Source: Thermoguttaceae bacterium (lineage in GTDB: Bacteria; Planctomycetota; Planctomycetia; Pirellulales; Thermoguttaceae). From it: a stretch of 64,000 bases of DNA. The stretch lies in contig DATLAN010000080.1 in assembly GCA_035527455.1 (NCBI GenBank), positions 1,425 through 65,424 on the forward strand, given 5' to 3'. The stretch's first letter is position 1. Each line of letters opens with the position of its first letter. The notes beneath the pieces were generated by a model that worked only from the letters and a program-made list of their open reading frames with translations, made no database searches and was not told the DNA's origin. This document shows, in pieces, positions 37,209-45,772 of the stretch. The translations under genes and the position numbers were made by a program.

Positions 37209-38483
37209 TCATGCCAGCGCCTTGTCCGAAATATCCTTGCGGCACCAGGCGCCCTTCCAGCGGATGCACTTCACGGCCCGGTAGGCGTTGAACTTGGCGT
37301 TGGCGATGTTGTTGCCCAGGGCGGTGACGTTGAGCACGCGCCCGCCGGCGGTGACTACTTGTCCCTCGGATGTCTTCGTGCCGGCGTGGAAGACCTTCAC
37401 GTCGGCGAGTTTCGCGGCGTCGTCGAGGCCACGGATCGGATGGCCCTTGGTGTAGCTGCCGGGATAGCCTTCGCTGGCCATCACCACGCAGACGGCAGGC
37501 CGCGGGTCCCACTCCAGCGGATCGAGTTGATCGAGCCGCCCGTCGATGGCCGCCTCGATCACGTCGACCAGATCGGTCTTCAGTCGCATCAGCAGCGGTT
37601 GACACTCCGGATCGCCGAACCGCACGTTGTACTCCAGCACCTTGGGCCCCTGGTTGGTGATCATCAGCCCGGCGTAGAGCACGCCGTTGAACGGCCGCCC
37701 GGCGTGTTTCATGCCGTGGATGGTGGGCACCAGCACGTGCCGTTCGATCCAATGGAGCATTTCGTCGTCGACCAGCGGGGCGGGACAGTAGGCGCCCATG
37801 CCGCCGGTGTTCGGGCCGGTGTCGCCGTCGTAAGCCGGCTTGTGGTCTTGAGCCGGCTGGAGCGTTACGAGCGTTCGCCCGTCGGTGATCGCCAGCACGC
37901 TGGCTTCCTGGCCGTCGAGCCGTTCCTCGATCACCATCCGGTCGCCCGCCGCGCCGAAGGCCCGCCGGCGAGCGATCATCTCGACCGCCGCCAGCGCTTC
38001 GTCCCGTTTTCGGCAGACGATCACGCCCTTGCCGGCGGCCAGCCCGTCCGCCTTGACGACCACCGGCACGTCCTCGCGGTCCTTGAGGAACTTGACGGCG
38101 TGGTCGGGGTCGTCGAAGACCTGGTAATCGGCCGTGGGCACGTCGGTGTCGCGCAACAGGTTCTTGCAGAAGACCTTGCTGGCTTCCAACTCGGCGGCCG
38201 CCTTGTCGGGTCCGAAAACCCGCAGTCCGGCGTCCCGAAAGGCGTCGACGATGCCCGCGGCAAGAGGGGCCTCGGGCCCGATGACCGACAACGCGATACC
38301 GTTTTCCTTGGCGAACTTGATCAGGGCGGGGAAATTCTCGGCCGATATCTCGACGTTCTCGGCGTCGGCGGCCGTGCCGGCGTTGCCCGGGGCCACGAAG
38401 ACCCGCTCGACCTTGGGGCTTTGCGAGATTTTCCAGGCCAGGGCGTGTTCCCGCCCCCCGTTGCCCACGATCAAGACGTTCAT
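37209..38483 (-). CDS. purD: Phosphoribosylamine--glycine ligase
   Basis: 424-aa ORF: MNVLIVGNGGREHALAWK.., ATP-grasp motifs, GPNTGGMGAY. Confidence 0.96.
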   Translation of the reverse strand: MNVLIVGNGGREHALAWKISQSPKVERVFVAPGNAGTAADAENVEISAENFPALIKFAKENGIALSVIGPEAPLAAGIVDAFRDAGLRVFGPDKAAAELEASKVFCKNLLRDTDVPTADYQVFDDPDHAVKFLKDREDVPVVVKADGLAAGKGVIVCRKRDEALAAVEMIARRRAFGAAGDRMVIEERLDGQEASVLAITDGRTLVTLQPAQDHKPAYDGDTGPNTGGMGAYCPAPLVDDEMLHWIERHVLVPTIHGMKHAGRPFNGVLYAGLMITNQGPKVLEYNVRFGDPECQPLLMRLKTDLVDVIEAAIDGRLDQLDPLEWDPRPAVCVVMASEGYPGSYTKGHPIRGLDDAAKLADVKVFHAGTKTSEGQVVTAGGRVLNVTALGNNIANAKFNAYRAVKCIRWKGAWCRKDISDKALA

Positions 38484-38610
38484 GCCGAGGGTCCTTGTCC
38501 CAGGTGAAGAAAAACCATCAAGTCGGTCCGGATTCTAGTGCATACCGCTGCCGCGCGGAAGGGGTGGGGTGGGAATGATGAATGAGGGATTGGGGTTGGG
38601 GATGATGAAT

Positions 38611-38648
38611 TGGGGACTGGGGATTGGGGACTGGGGATTGGGGACTGG
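38611..38648. repeat. Heptamer tandem array (TGGGGAC/TGGGGAT)x5
   Basis: Read directly, with degenerate units upstream from ~38587. The reverse complement is a circular permutation of CCCCAGT/CCCCAAT. Confidence 0.9.
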
Positions 38649-38688
38649 AGTCTTACGTTGTGACTTTTGCGCGCGGTGCGCACAAGTC

Positions 38689-38746
38689 GTGGGGCACGTT
38701 TTCAACGTGCCTTTTCGGTTATGGGCACGTTGAAAACGTGCCCCAC
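38689..38746. repeat. Nested palindrome, family E (single copy in window)
   Basis: GTGGGGCACGTTTTCAACGTGCC-ttttcggttatg-GGCACGTTGAAAACGTGCCCCAC is a perfect 23-bp inverted repeat. Each arm is self-complementary (GGCACGTT-TTC-AACGTGCC). Confidence 0.85.
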
Positions 38747-38851
38747 GTCCGCCGAGAATCAGGTTGATGAGGGCATCGACAAGGAGTATCTTGGAGGATC
38801 GCATCGGACGGCCTCTCTTGTCCACGCCATGCAAGGTGATACAAGACCGCA

Positions 38852-40243
38852 ATGGATCGTGCCAACAGACTGGGCGAAGGCAGCATCCCATCCCTCTTGC
38901 TGAAGTTCTCGGCTCCCGCCGTCGTCGGGATGATGGCCCAGGCCCTCTACAACGTCGTGGACCGGATCTTCGTAGGCCAGGGAGTGGGGCCCGAGGGGAT
39001 TGCGGGCACAACGGTCGCCTTCCCGTTCATGCTGGTCATGCTGGCCTTTGGCATGTTGATCGGATTCGGGGCGGCCGCCTTGGTGTCGATCCGGCTTGGC
39101 GAGCAGAAGAAAGAGCAGGCTGAACGGGTACTCGGCAATGCGACGGTGCTGTTGGTGGGCGCGTCGCTTCTGCTCACCGTCATGGGGACGGTGCTGCTCG
39201 ACCCTCTCTTGAGACTGTTCGGGGCGAGCGACCAGATCCTTCCTTACGCCCACGATTACTTGCAGATCATCGTCCTGGGCTCGGTCTTCCAAGCGGTCGG
39301 CTTCGGGCTCAATGCGATCATTCGCGGTGAAGGCAATCCCCGAATCGCCATGTTCACCATGCTGATCGGGGCCTTGCTGAATACCGTCCTGGACCCCATT
39401 TTTATCTTCGGGTTCGGTTGGGGAATGCGGGGTGCAGCCATCGCGACGGTCGTTTCCCAGGCAGTTTCTGCCCTCTGGGTGGTCAGCTACTTCCTTCGTG
39501 GCAAGAGCCTGCTGAAGCTCAGAAAGGCCAACCTGCATCTGCAATGGCCCACTTGCGCCTCCATCGTCGCCATCGGTTCTCCCCCATTTGCCATGCAGAT
39601 CGCCGCCGCCACGTTGAATGCCATCCTGAACCATCAGCTTCACCGGTACGGCGGCGATCTGGCGATTTCCGTGATGGGCGTCGTCTACGCCGTCATGCTC
39701 TTTATTGCCATGCCGATTTTCGGCATCAATCAGGGGGCGCAGCCCATTATCGGCTACAACTACGGAGCCGAAAACTTCGACCGGGTCAAGAAGACGCTCC
39801 AGACGGCGATCCTGGCCGCCACCACCATTACGACGGCAGGGTTCTTCGCTGCCATGATCTTTCCTTCGCAAGTGGTCTGGCTTTTCAACCGCGACGATCC
39901 GACCCTGATGCGTCTGGGAACTCACGCCCTTCGCACGTGCCTCATGATGCTCCCGATCGTCGGTTTTCAGATCGTCAGTGCCAGCTACTTCCAGGCGGTC
40001 GGCAAGCCGAAACACGCCCTGTTGCTGAGTCTTTCCAGACAGGTGCTCCTGCTGATTCCGGCAGTCTTCATACTACCCTGCTTCTTCGGCCTGGACGGTC
40101 TTTGGGCAGCCTTTCCGACCGCCGATCTGGGTTCTTCCATCTTGACCGGCACTTGGCTGCTCTGGGAGCTTCGCCACTTGCACAGACGCCACCTGGAGAC
40201 GGTGGACCATGACCGCGACGACGACGTGGGTGGCACGCCCTGA
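38852..40243 (+). CDS. MATE-family multidrug/toxin efflux transporter
   Basis: 463-aa ORF with 12 predicted hydrophobic segments. N-terminus LLLKFSAPAVVGMMAQALYNVVDRIFVG is typical of MATE. The last 5 codons and the stop lie in a family-A repeat. Confidence 0.9.
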   Translation: MDRANRLGEGSIPSLLLKFSAPAVVGMMAQALYNVVDRIFVGQGVGPEGIAGTTVAFPFMLVMLAFGMLIGFGAAALVSIRLGEQKKEQAERVLGNATVLLVGASLLLTVMGTVLLDPLLRLFGASDQILPYAHDYLQIIVLGSVFQAVGFGLNAIIRGEGNPRIAMFTMLIGALLNTVLDPIFIFGFGWGMRGAAIATVVSQAVSALWVVSYFLRGKSLLKLRKANLHLQWPTCASIVAIGSPPFAMQIAAATLNAILNHQLHRYGGDLAISVMGVVYAVMLFIAMPIFGINQGAQPIIGYNYGAENFDRVKKTLQTAILAATTITTAGFFAAMIFPSQVVWLFNRDDPTLMRLGTHALRTCLMMLPIVGFQIVSASYFQAVGKPKHALLLSLSRQVLLLIPAVFILPCFFGLDGLWAAFPTADLGSSILTGTWLLWELRHLHRRHLETVDHDRDDDVGGTP

Positions 40244-40342
40244 GGAACGAAGGGCGTGTATTCCCGACGTACCACGCCCTTCGTTCCTCAGGGCGTGCCA
40301 CCCCGGAGTTTACCGCAACCGTGTCAAAGACCGTTTGGTGCC
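40228..40342. repeat. Family A repeat, copy 3 (loop type 2, with GGAGTTTACCGCAAC..TTTGGTGCC tail)
   Basis: Same ~30-bp arms as the other copies. Loop is TATTCCCGACGTA. The tail is the reverse complement of the tails at 51760.. and 60728... Confidence 0.9.
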
Positions 40343-40441
40343 AGGGATTGGGGGAATCCATGGCAATCGAGAGAGGGTTCTGGTACATTGGCGTTTGTCG
40401 GCGTGGGTGCTCGAACGCATTCTTTTACGGGAGGGTGAACA

Positions 40442-41809
40442 ATGGCCGGGCTGAGTCGTCGCGAGTTCTTGCAGCGGTCCAAGAGGACTTCGTTGGGATT
40501 GGCCGCGGGGGTCACGATCTTGAGCAACGCCGCATCGGTTCGCGCGGCGCCGGCGGCCGAGAGGATCGTGCTGGCGGCCGTGGGCGTGCGCGGGCGAGGT
40601 GCCAATTTGGCGCAAGGCTTTCTCGAACGCGGCGACTGCCGATACGCCTACGTCTGCGACGTGGACAGCAGCCTGTTCGCTCCTCGCGCCAAGGCCATCG
40701 CCGAACAGCAGGGCGGTCAGGAGCCGAAGTGCGTGCAGGACTTCCGCCGGGCGCTGGACGACGCCTCGGTCGACGCGGTCATCGTGGCCACGCCCGACCA
40801 CTGGCACGCACCGGCGACGGTTTGGGCGTGTCAGGCCAACAAGGACGTCTACGTCGAGAAGCCGGCCACCCACAGTTGCTGGGAAGGCCGGAAGATGATC
40901 GAGGCCGCGCGGAAGTACCGACGCGTCGTGCAGATCGGCACGCAGAACCGTAGCGCGCCGTACAACATCGAGGCCAAGAAGTTCATCGACGACGGCAAGC
41001 TGGGCACCATCCACATGTGCCGCATCTACAACCAGAAGTTCTGGGGTAATCACCCCGTGGTCCCTGACGGCGACGCGCCCGCGGGACTCGACTGGGACAT
41101 GTGGAACGGCCCCGCTCCGGAGCACCGATACAACAGCGCGTACCACCGCTACTGGAACCATCTGTGGCGGTATTCCGGCGGCGATATGGCCAACGACGCC
41201 AGCCACCAGATCGACCTGGCCCGATGGCTGATCGGCGCGACCTGTCCCAAGACGGCCTACTCGACCGGCGGCCGGTTCGCCAGCCAAGGCGCGGCGGAAA
41301 CGCCCGACACGCAGGTGGCCGTTTACGACCTCGACAAGATGGTGGTCACGTTCGAGCTGACGCTCTACACGCCCTACATGCTCAAGACGGACGGCGAGCT
41401 GCGCGATAGCGACATGTTCCCCTACTGGCCGCAGAACGCCACGCGGATCGAGATCTTCGGCACGGAGGGACTGATGTGCGTGGGCCGGCACGGCGGCGGC
41501 TGGCAGGTCTACGTGCGGCCGAAGGATCGCCTGCCGGTGGTCGCTGCGCAGAGGTACGGCCGCTTTCCCGACCCGCCGCACAAGGAGAACTTCATCCAGT
41601 GCATCCGCACCCGGCAACGCCCCAACGCCGACGTGGAGGAAGGGCATCTCAGTGCCTTGTGGATCCACTACGCCAACATCAGCTACCGCACCGGCGGGCA
41701 GAAGCTGCGGATCGATCCGACGACCGAGCAGATCATCGACAACCCCGAGGCCATGAAGCTCTTCCAGCGCGAGTACCGCAAGCCCTGGGTAATCGAAGAT
41801 CCGGTATAA
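40442..41809 (+). CDS. Gfo/Idh/MocA-family oxidoreductase with Tat signal
   Basis: SRREFLQ twin-arginine motif; Rossmann segment LAAVGVRGRG; DAVIVATPDHWH; EKP motif (VYVEKPATH). Confidence 0.9.
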   Translation: MAGLSRREFLQRSKRTSLGLAAGVTILSNAASVRAAPAAERIVLAAVGVRGRGANLAQGFLERGDCRYAYVCDVDSSLFAPRAKAIAEQQGGQEPKCVQDFRRALDDASVDAVIVATPDHWHAPATVWACQANKDVYVEKPATHSCWEGRKMIEAARKYRRVVQIGTQNRSAPYNIEAKKFIDDGKLGTIHMCRIYNQKFWGNHPVVPDGDAPAGLDWDMWNGPAPEHRYNSAYHRYWNHLWRYSGGDMANDASHQIDLARWLIGATCPKTAYSTGGRFASQGAAETPDTQVAVYDLDKMVVTFELTLYTPYMLKTDGELRDSDMFPYWPQNATRIEIFGTEGLMCVGRHGGGWQVYVRPKDRLPVVAAQRYGRFPDPPHKENFIQCIRTRQRPNADVEEGHLSALWIHYANISYRTGGQKLRIDPTTEQIIDNPEAMKLFQREYRKPWVIEDPV

Positions 41810-42090
41810 ATCGGATAATGCGTGCCCTTGCCAAAGTCATCCGTCTGGAATCTTCGCGGCGCGATCGCTCGGGATGACCCGGCAACCCATTTTGCCACGC
41901 TTTCCTAACCCAACCGCATTCACGCAGAATTCTCGGGATTTTCCTCATCTTGCGCCGATTCTCTTGCTATCGCTTGCCAGCACTGCTATCTTGACAGGTG
42001 GATCAAAGGGGCGCGAAGTAGGTTTGTGCGCTTCCGGGTTTCTTGTCTCGGCAGCGCCGAGAGCCGTCGGCCTCGAATCAGGACTGCACG

Positions 42091-42285
42091 ATGCTTGTTC
42101 TTTCGCGAAAAGCAGGCGAGAAGATCCTTATCGGGGACAAGATCGCGGTGACCGTCGTTCGCATCGCCCCGGGGATCGTGCGCATCGGCATCGAAGCCCC
42201 GCAAGACCTGCCGATCGTGCGCGAGGAAATCAAGGATCGGCATCGAGAAAGCCCTAGCGAACAGGCCCCGGCCGCACGATCTTAG
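42091..42285 (+). CDS. csrA: Carbon storage regulator CsrA
   Basis: Trimmed from ORF 42043..42285 to ATG 42091. MLVLSRKAGEKILIGDKIAVTVVRIAPGIVRIGIEAPQDLPIVREEI is the canonical CsrA fold sequence. Confidence 0.9.
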   Translation: MLVLSRKAGEKILIGDKIAVTVVRIAPGIVRIGIEAPQDLPIVREEIKDRHRESPSEQAPAARS

Positions 42286-42289
42286 CCGC

Positions 42290-42383
42290 GTAGGTCAGGG
42301 CTTGCCCTGACGGAATCGGGCAGCCGGCAGGAAAATCCGTCAGGGCAAGCCCTAACCTACCGTCAGGGCAAGCCCTAACCTAC
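42290..42383. repeat. REPIN-like element, family D, copy 3 (one left unit, two right units)
   Basis: GTAGGTCAGGGCTTGCCCTGAC ... GTCAGGGCAAGCCCTAACCTAC C GTCAGGGCAAGCCCTAACCTAC. It fills the whole gap between the convergent csrA and activator genes. Confidence 0.88.
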
Positions 42384-42385
42384 GC

Positions 42386-43393
42386 TCAGCGCGGACGACG
42401 CTTGATGAACGACTGCAACCCGTGGCGGAGGATCTTGCGCCGTAGTTGGTGACGTTCCACGCCCAGCATTCGGGCGGCATGGCTTTGATTGCCGTCGGCG
42501 GCGCGGAGTGCCCGGGCGATGGCCAGACGTTCCGTCTCGCTCAGCGGCACGATGTCCGGATCGGTGCTCTTTTGCCGGGCGTTCTTGCCGGGACGCACGC
42601 TGACCGGCAGATCGGAAACCCGGATGACGTGCTGGCTGCAAAAGACGCAAGCGTGTTCCAGGGCGTTTTGCAGTTGGCGGACGTTGCCCGGCCAATCGAA
42701 CGGCCGGAGCACGGCGGCGGCTTCGGCCGAAAGCGTGCAGACCGGTTCTTCGTAGATTTCGGCCAGATCTTCGAGGAATCGTTCGGCCAACGGCAGGATA
42801 TCGTCGCGGCGTTTTCGCAGCGGCGGCACGTGCAAACTGACCACGTTGATCCGAAAGTAGAGGTCCTCGCGAAATTGCCCGTCGCGGACCATTGCCGCCA
42901 GATCGCGATGCGTGGCGGCGACGATGCGTACGTTCACCGGCACGGGCTCGACCGCTCCCAGCGGCACGACGGCACGATCCTGGATACAACGCAACAGCTT
43001 CGCTTGAGACGCAAGGGGCAGCTCGCCGACCTCGTCGAGGAAGAGGGTTCCGGCATCGGCAGCGCGGAAGAAACCGAGGGTCGCACGCTCGGCGCCGGTG
43101 AACGCGCCCTTGACGTGACCGAATAACTGGGATTCGAAGAGCGTTTGAGAGAAGCTCGCACAATCGACCGGGATGAACGGCTGATCCGCACGGGGGCTTT
43201 GTGCGTGTACTTGCCGGGCGGCCAACTCCTTGCCCGTGCCGGTCTCGCCCTGAACCAAGACGGTGCAGTTGCGACGGCCCACCGCTTCGATCTGGCGCAA
43301 GAGGTGCCGTATGCCGGCACTCTGACCGACCATCACGGTCTTGGCCGAGTGCGCGCGGCCGATCGACACCACGTTGTCCTTCAGCGGTGACAT
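42386..43393 (-). CDS. Sigma-54-dependent transcriptional activator lacking an N-terminal sensory domain (PspF/HrpS-like)
   Basis: 335 aa. Walker A GETGTGKE, GAFTGA loop (VKGAFTGAERA), RFLEDL.., C-terminal Fis-type HTH (QSHAARMLGVERHQLRRKI). Only ~20 aa precede the AAA+ core. Confidence 0.9.
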   Translation of the reverse strand: MSPLKDNVVSIGRAHSAKTVMVGQSAGIRHLLRQIEAVGRRNCTVLVQGETGTGKELAARQVHAQSPRADQPFIPVDCASFSQTLFESQLFGHVKGAFTGAERATLGFFRAADAGTLFLDEVGELPLASQAKLLRCIQDRAVVPLGAVEPVPVNVRIVAATHRDLAAMVRDGQFREDLYFRINVVSLHVPPLRKRRDDILPLAERFLEDLAEIYEEPVCTLSAEAAAVLRPFDWPGNVRQLQNALEHACVFCSQHVIRVSDLPVSVRPGKNARQKSTDPDIVPLSETERLAIARALRAADGNQSHAARMLGVERHQLRRKILRHGLQSFIKRRPR

Positions 43394-43551
43394 GGAATAT
43401 TTCGTGTGGCAGGCCGGGAAAACCTCTTCCCCTCGTTCGCGGCCGCCACAACCGCCAAGCTCATCAACGGTGCAGGCACCAAGCGTAAGTGTCGGCGGTT
43501 ACGGCAGCCATCCACACGTCTCCATCCCCAAGCCGCTCATGGCAGTTGGCA

Positions 43552-43977
43552 TTATTGCGGTGTCGTTTTGGAATAGCAAGCGCCTTTGCCGAATTTACCC
43601 ATTTTTTCTGCGAAGATAGTTTCTGATGGTTTGCGGAAACAGCAGGAGATAGGCAGCGTGCGATATATAGGGGTATTTCCGGTTCCGTAGACCATGCGGA
43701 TGAATAGGCGGTATGCATCACGTGCGTCAATTGCGGGGCTTGGGTGCAGGAAGCGGCCGGCCCGGATACTGACAGGGTTTGTAGTGACCCGATTCATCGG
43801 GTCGAACCATGGCGGTTTGCAGGTGATTCCGTCTATCACGTCGAACAAGGCAAGTTCCCGAAGGACGGCGTCCATGCGGTCACCACGCATCGGGCCGTGG
43901 GGCTCGGTGATGAAGAAACGCAACCGGCCGGACTTGAGGCCGCAAAAAGGTCCATGAAGAAAGTACATGGCCTGCAA
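43552..43977 (-). CDS. Hypothetical protein (uncertain), upstream of and co-oriented with the sigma-54 activator
   Basis: 141-aa ORF in a locally lower-GC region. C-ending codons are preferred (ttc, atc, gac, cgc, acc), which suggests real coding. I recognise no family. Alternative start at ATG 43968. Confidence 0.35.
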   Translation of the reverse strand: MQAMYFLHGPFCGLKSGRLRFFITEPHGPMRGDRMDAVLRELALFDVIDGITCKPPWFDPMNRVTTNPVSIRAGRFLHPSPAIDARDAYRLFIRMVYGTGNTPIYRTLPISCCFRKPSETIFAEKMGKFGKGACYSKTTPQ

Positions 43978-44078
43978 GAACTTACGGCGTCACGGCCGCC
44001 ACCGGGGGCGGACCGGTCCGGAAGTTGCGACCGTGAAGCCCAGACCTCAGCCGGCAGCCGAAACGGACACCGGCCACG

Positions 44079-44094
44079 CGGCCGACTGATTGCC
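44079..44094 (+). promoter_or_regulatory. Candidate sigma-54 (-24/-12) promoter upstream of flp
   Basis: cGGccgactgaTTGCc has GG (44080..44081) and GC (44092..44093) at the canonical 12-nt offset with a TTGC -12 box. It lies ~110 nt upstream of ATG 44205. The -24 box is imperfect (CGGCCG versus TGGCAC). Confidence 0.35.
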
Positions 44095-44204
44095 GAGACC
44101 GACGGAGATCGAACTTGTCCGAAAACAACCTTCTCCACCGTTCATTGCGAGCCACTTTCAAGTCCTCCTTCCCCTTCTTTCCCTCACTGTTTGGAGCCCT
44201 TTCG

Positions 44205-44522
44205 ATGAAGAAACTCTGGAACGATGATTCGGGTGCCGTGATTTCTGCGGAACTCGTGTTACTGATGACCCTCTTGGTGATCGGCGTGATCGTCGGCCTG
44301 AAAGCACTGGGCAGCGCCGTGGTAACCGAGTTGGGCGACGTTGCCGCAGCCATCGGCTCCGCCGACCAGAGCTACGACTGGTCTGGAACCAAGGGCCGCT
44401 GTTCGTCCAGCGCCGGTACGAAATGGCACGACGGCCGTGATACGGGCGATCAGGGCCCCTGGCAGGGTTGGGGCGATTCGCAAGGGATTCGCGTCTGCGG
44501 CGTGCACCCCACAGGAGAGTAG
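44205..44522 (+). CDS. flp: Flp/Fap-type pilin with unusually long C-terminal extension
   Basis: Trimmed from ORF 44115..44522 to ATG 44205 (GGAG 9 nt upstream). MKKLWNDDSG/AVISAELVLLMTLLVIGVIVGL matches the Flp leader, the G/xxxxE cleavage motif and the hydrophobic helix. It is the first gene of the tad operon. Total length is 105 aa. Confidence 0.75.
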   Translation: MKKLWNDDSGAVISAELVLLMTLLVIGVIVGLKALGSAVVTELGDVAAAIGSADQSYDWSGTKGRCSSSAGTKWHDGRDTGDQGPWQGWGDSQGIRVCGVHPTGE

Positions 44523-44557
44523 TTTGGAAGCAGAAGTCGGACCATTGACTTCCCCGC

Positions 44558-44579
44558 GTGCCCCAGTAAATTGGGGCGT
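44558..44579 (+). terminator. Hairpin after flp (possible attenuator; no U-tract)
   Basis: GTGCCCCA-gtaaat-TGGGGCGT: 6 Watson-Crick plus 2 G.U pairs, 36 nt after the flp stop. Confidence 0.3.
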
Positions 44580-44653
44580 GTAGGCCGAATGCTCACTTAG
44601 GGAATTCTGGGCATACTTTGAGCTTTCCTCGTAACTGCAATTAGGTATCTCGA

Positions 44654-45238
44654 ATGACCGTCCCCCAAATCATTTTCCTGGTTTGCGTTGTGGTCTTCAC
44701 TGCGGTGGCGGCCGTCTTCGACGCACGAATCAAGAGGCTTCCCAACGCCTTGACCGTACCGGCCTTTTTCGCCGGGATCCTGTTCACGGCCGTTTTCGGC
44801 CCCTTGGGGTCGCTCCTGGAAGGCGTGGGCGGCAGGCTGCTTTTCTCGCTGGGCGGCTTCGGCGTCGGTTTCGGCATCTTGTTCGTGCTGTGGATCATCG
44901 GCGGCGGCGGGGGCGGGGACGTCAAGTTCATGGGAGCCTTGGGCGCATGGCTGGGCCCGATCGTCACGTTCGAAGTGCTCGTCGTTGCCACGGCGTTTTC
45001 GGCCATCGGTTCGATGGCCATGATGGTGCGGGAGCACATTCGCCTCGGCCCCACGCGAGCCAAACGGCGGTATATCTCCCGCGAGACCCTGCAAGCGAAA
45101 CACGGCAAACGAGCGCTCAGCGCCGAAACGCGACAGCAACGGATGGTACGTCGCCGGCTGATGCCGTTCGGTGTGCCGGCGGCGCTGGCGACCTGGTGCG
45201 TGTTGGCGTTCGTCCTTTGCCAGAACTTGATCAAGTAG
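44654..45238 (+). CDS. cpaA: Prepilin peptidase, CpaA/TadV type (A24 family)
   Basis: 194-aa polytopic ORF with two Asp motifs: AAVFDARIKRLPN and GGGGGDVKFMGALGAWLG. Confidence 0.87.
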   Translation: MTVPQIIFLVCVVVFTAVAAVFDARIKRLPNALTVPAFFAGILFTAVFGPLGSLLEGVGGRLLFSLGGFGVGFGILFVLWIIGGGGGGDVKFMGALGAWLGPIVTFEVLVVATAFSAIGSMAMMVREHIRLGPTRAKRRYISRETLQAKHGKRALSAETRQQRMVRRRLMPFGVPAALATWCVLAFVLCQNLIK

Positions 45239-45245
45239 GTGCAAG

Positions 45246-45725
45246 ATGTCTGCGACTCGAACGAACGACCGACGACGCCCCGACGACGCATACGACGGCA
45301 ACCGATCCGGTCGGTCCCGTCGTGGCCGGTCGCGCAAGGGGGCCTTGCTGAGCACGGAGTTGTTGTTCGTGCTGCCGATCCTGGCGGGCCTGCTGTTCGC
45401 GATGGTGGAGTTCAGCATGCTGCTTTCCGCCAAGCAACAGATCAAGTCGGCCAGCCGTTTGGCCTGCCGAGTGGCCAGCCTGCCCGCCGCCGATCCGGTT
45501 CAGTTGGAGCACGTGGTCCGCGGCGCGGCCGAGCAGGGCCTGGTCCGATCGAGCCTGATCGAAAGCTATGAACTCCGCTTCGACCCGGGGCAGAACACGG
45601 GCGACGAAGTGGTCGCTGAAGTCCGCGTGCCCATGAGGGCCGCCGCGCCGAACCTGCTGTCGGTGGTGGGTTTCAACCTCAAGGGACGTCATCTGACGGC
45701 CCGGACCGTGATGCGCAAAGAATAG
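45246..45725 (+). CDS. tadE: TadE-like pseudopilin
   Basis: GALLSTELLFVLPILAGLLFAMVEFSMLLSAKQQIKSASRLACR is the TadE N-terminal pattern. It is preceded by an Arg-rich leader. Confidence 0.78.
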   Translation: MSATRTNDRRRPDDAYDGNRSGRSRRGRSRKGALLSTELLFVLPILAGLLFAMVEFSMLLSAKQQIKSASRLACRVASLPAADPVQLEHVVRGAAEQGLVRSSLIESYELRFDPGQNTGDEVVAEVRVPMRAAAPNLLSVVGFNLKGRHLTARTVMRKE

Positions 45726-45772
45726 GATCTGCCGATACACTGTCTCGTATTCCTTACTTGGAGCTTCGAAAC

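Noticed and set aside
43930-43965. GPFCGLKS in ORF141 as a degenerate Walker A (P-loop), implying an ATPase pseudogene.
   Set aside because: It is a single short resemblance without Walker B or any other NTPase motif. The ORF is too short.
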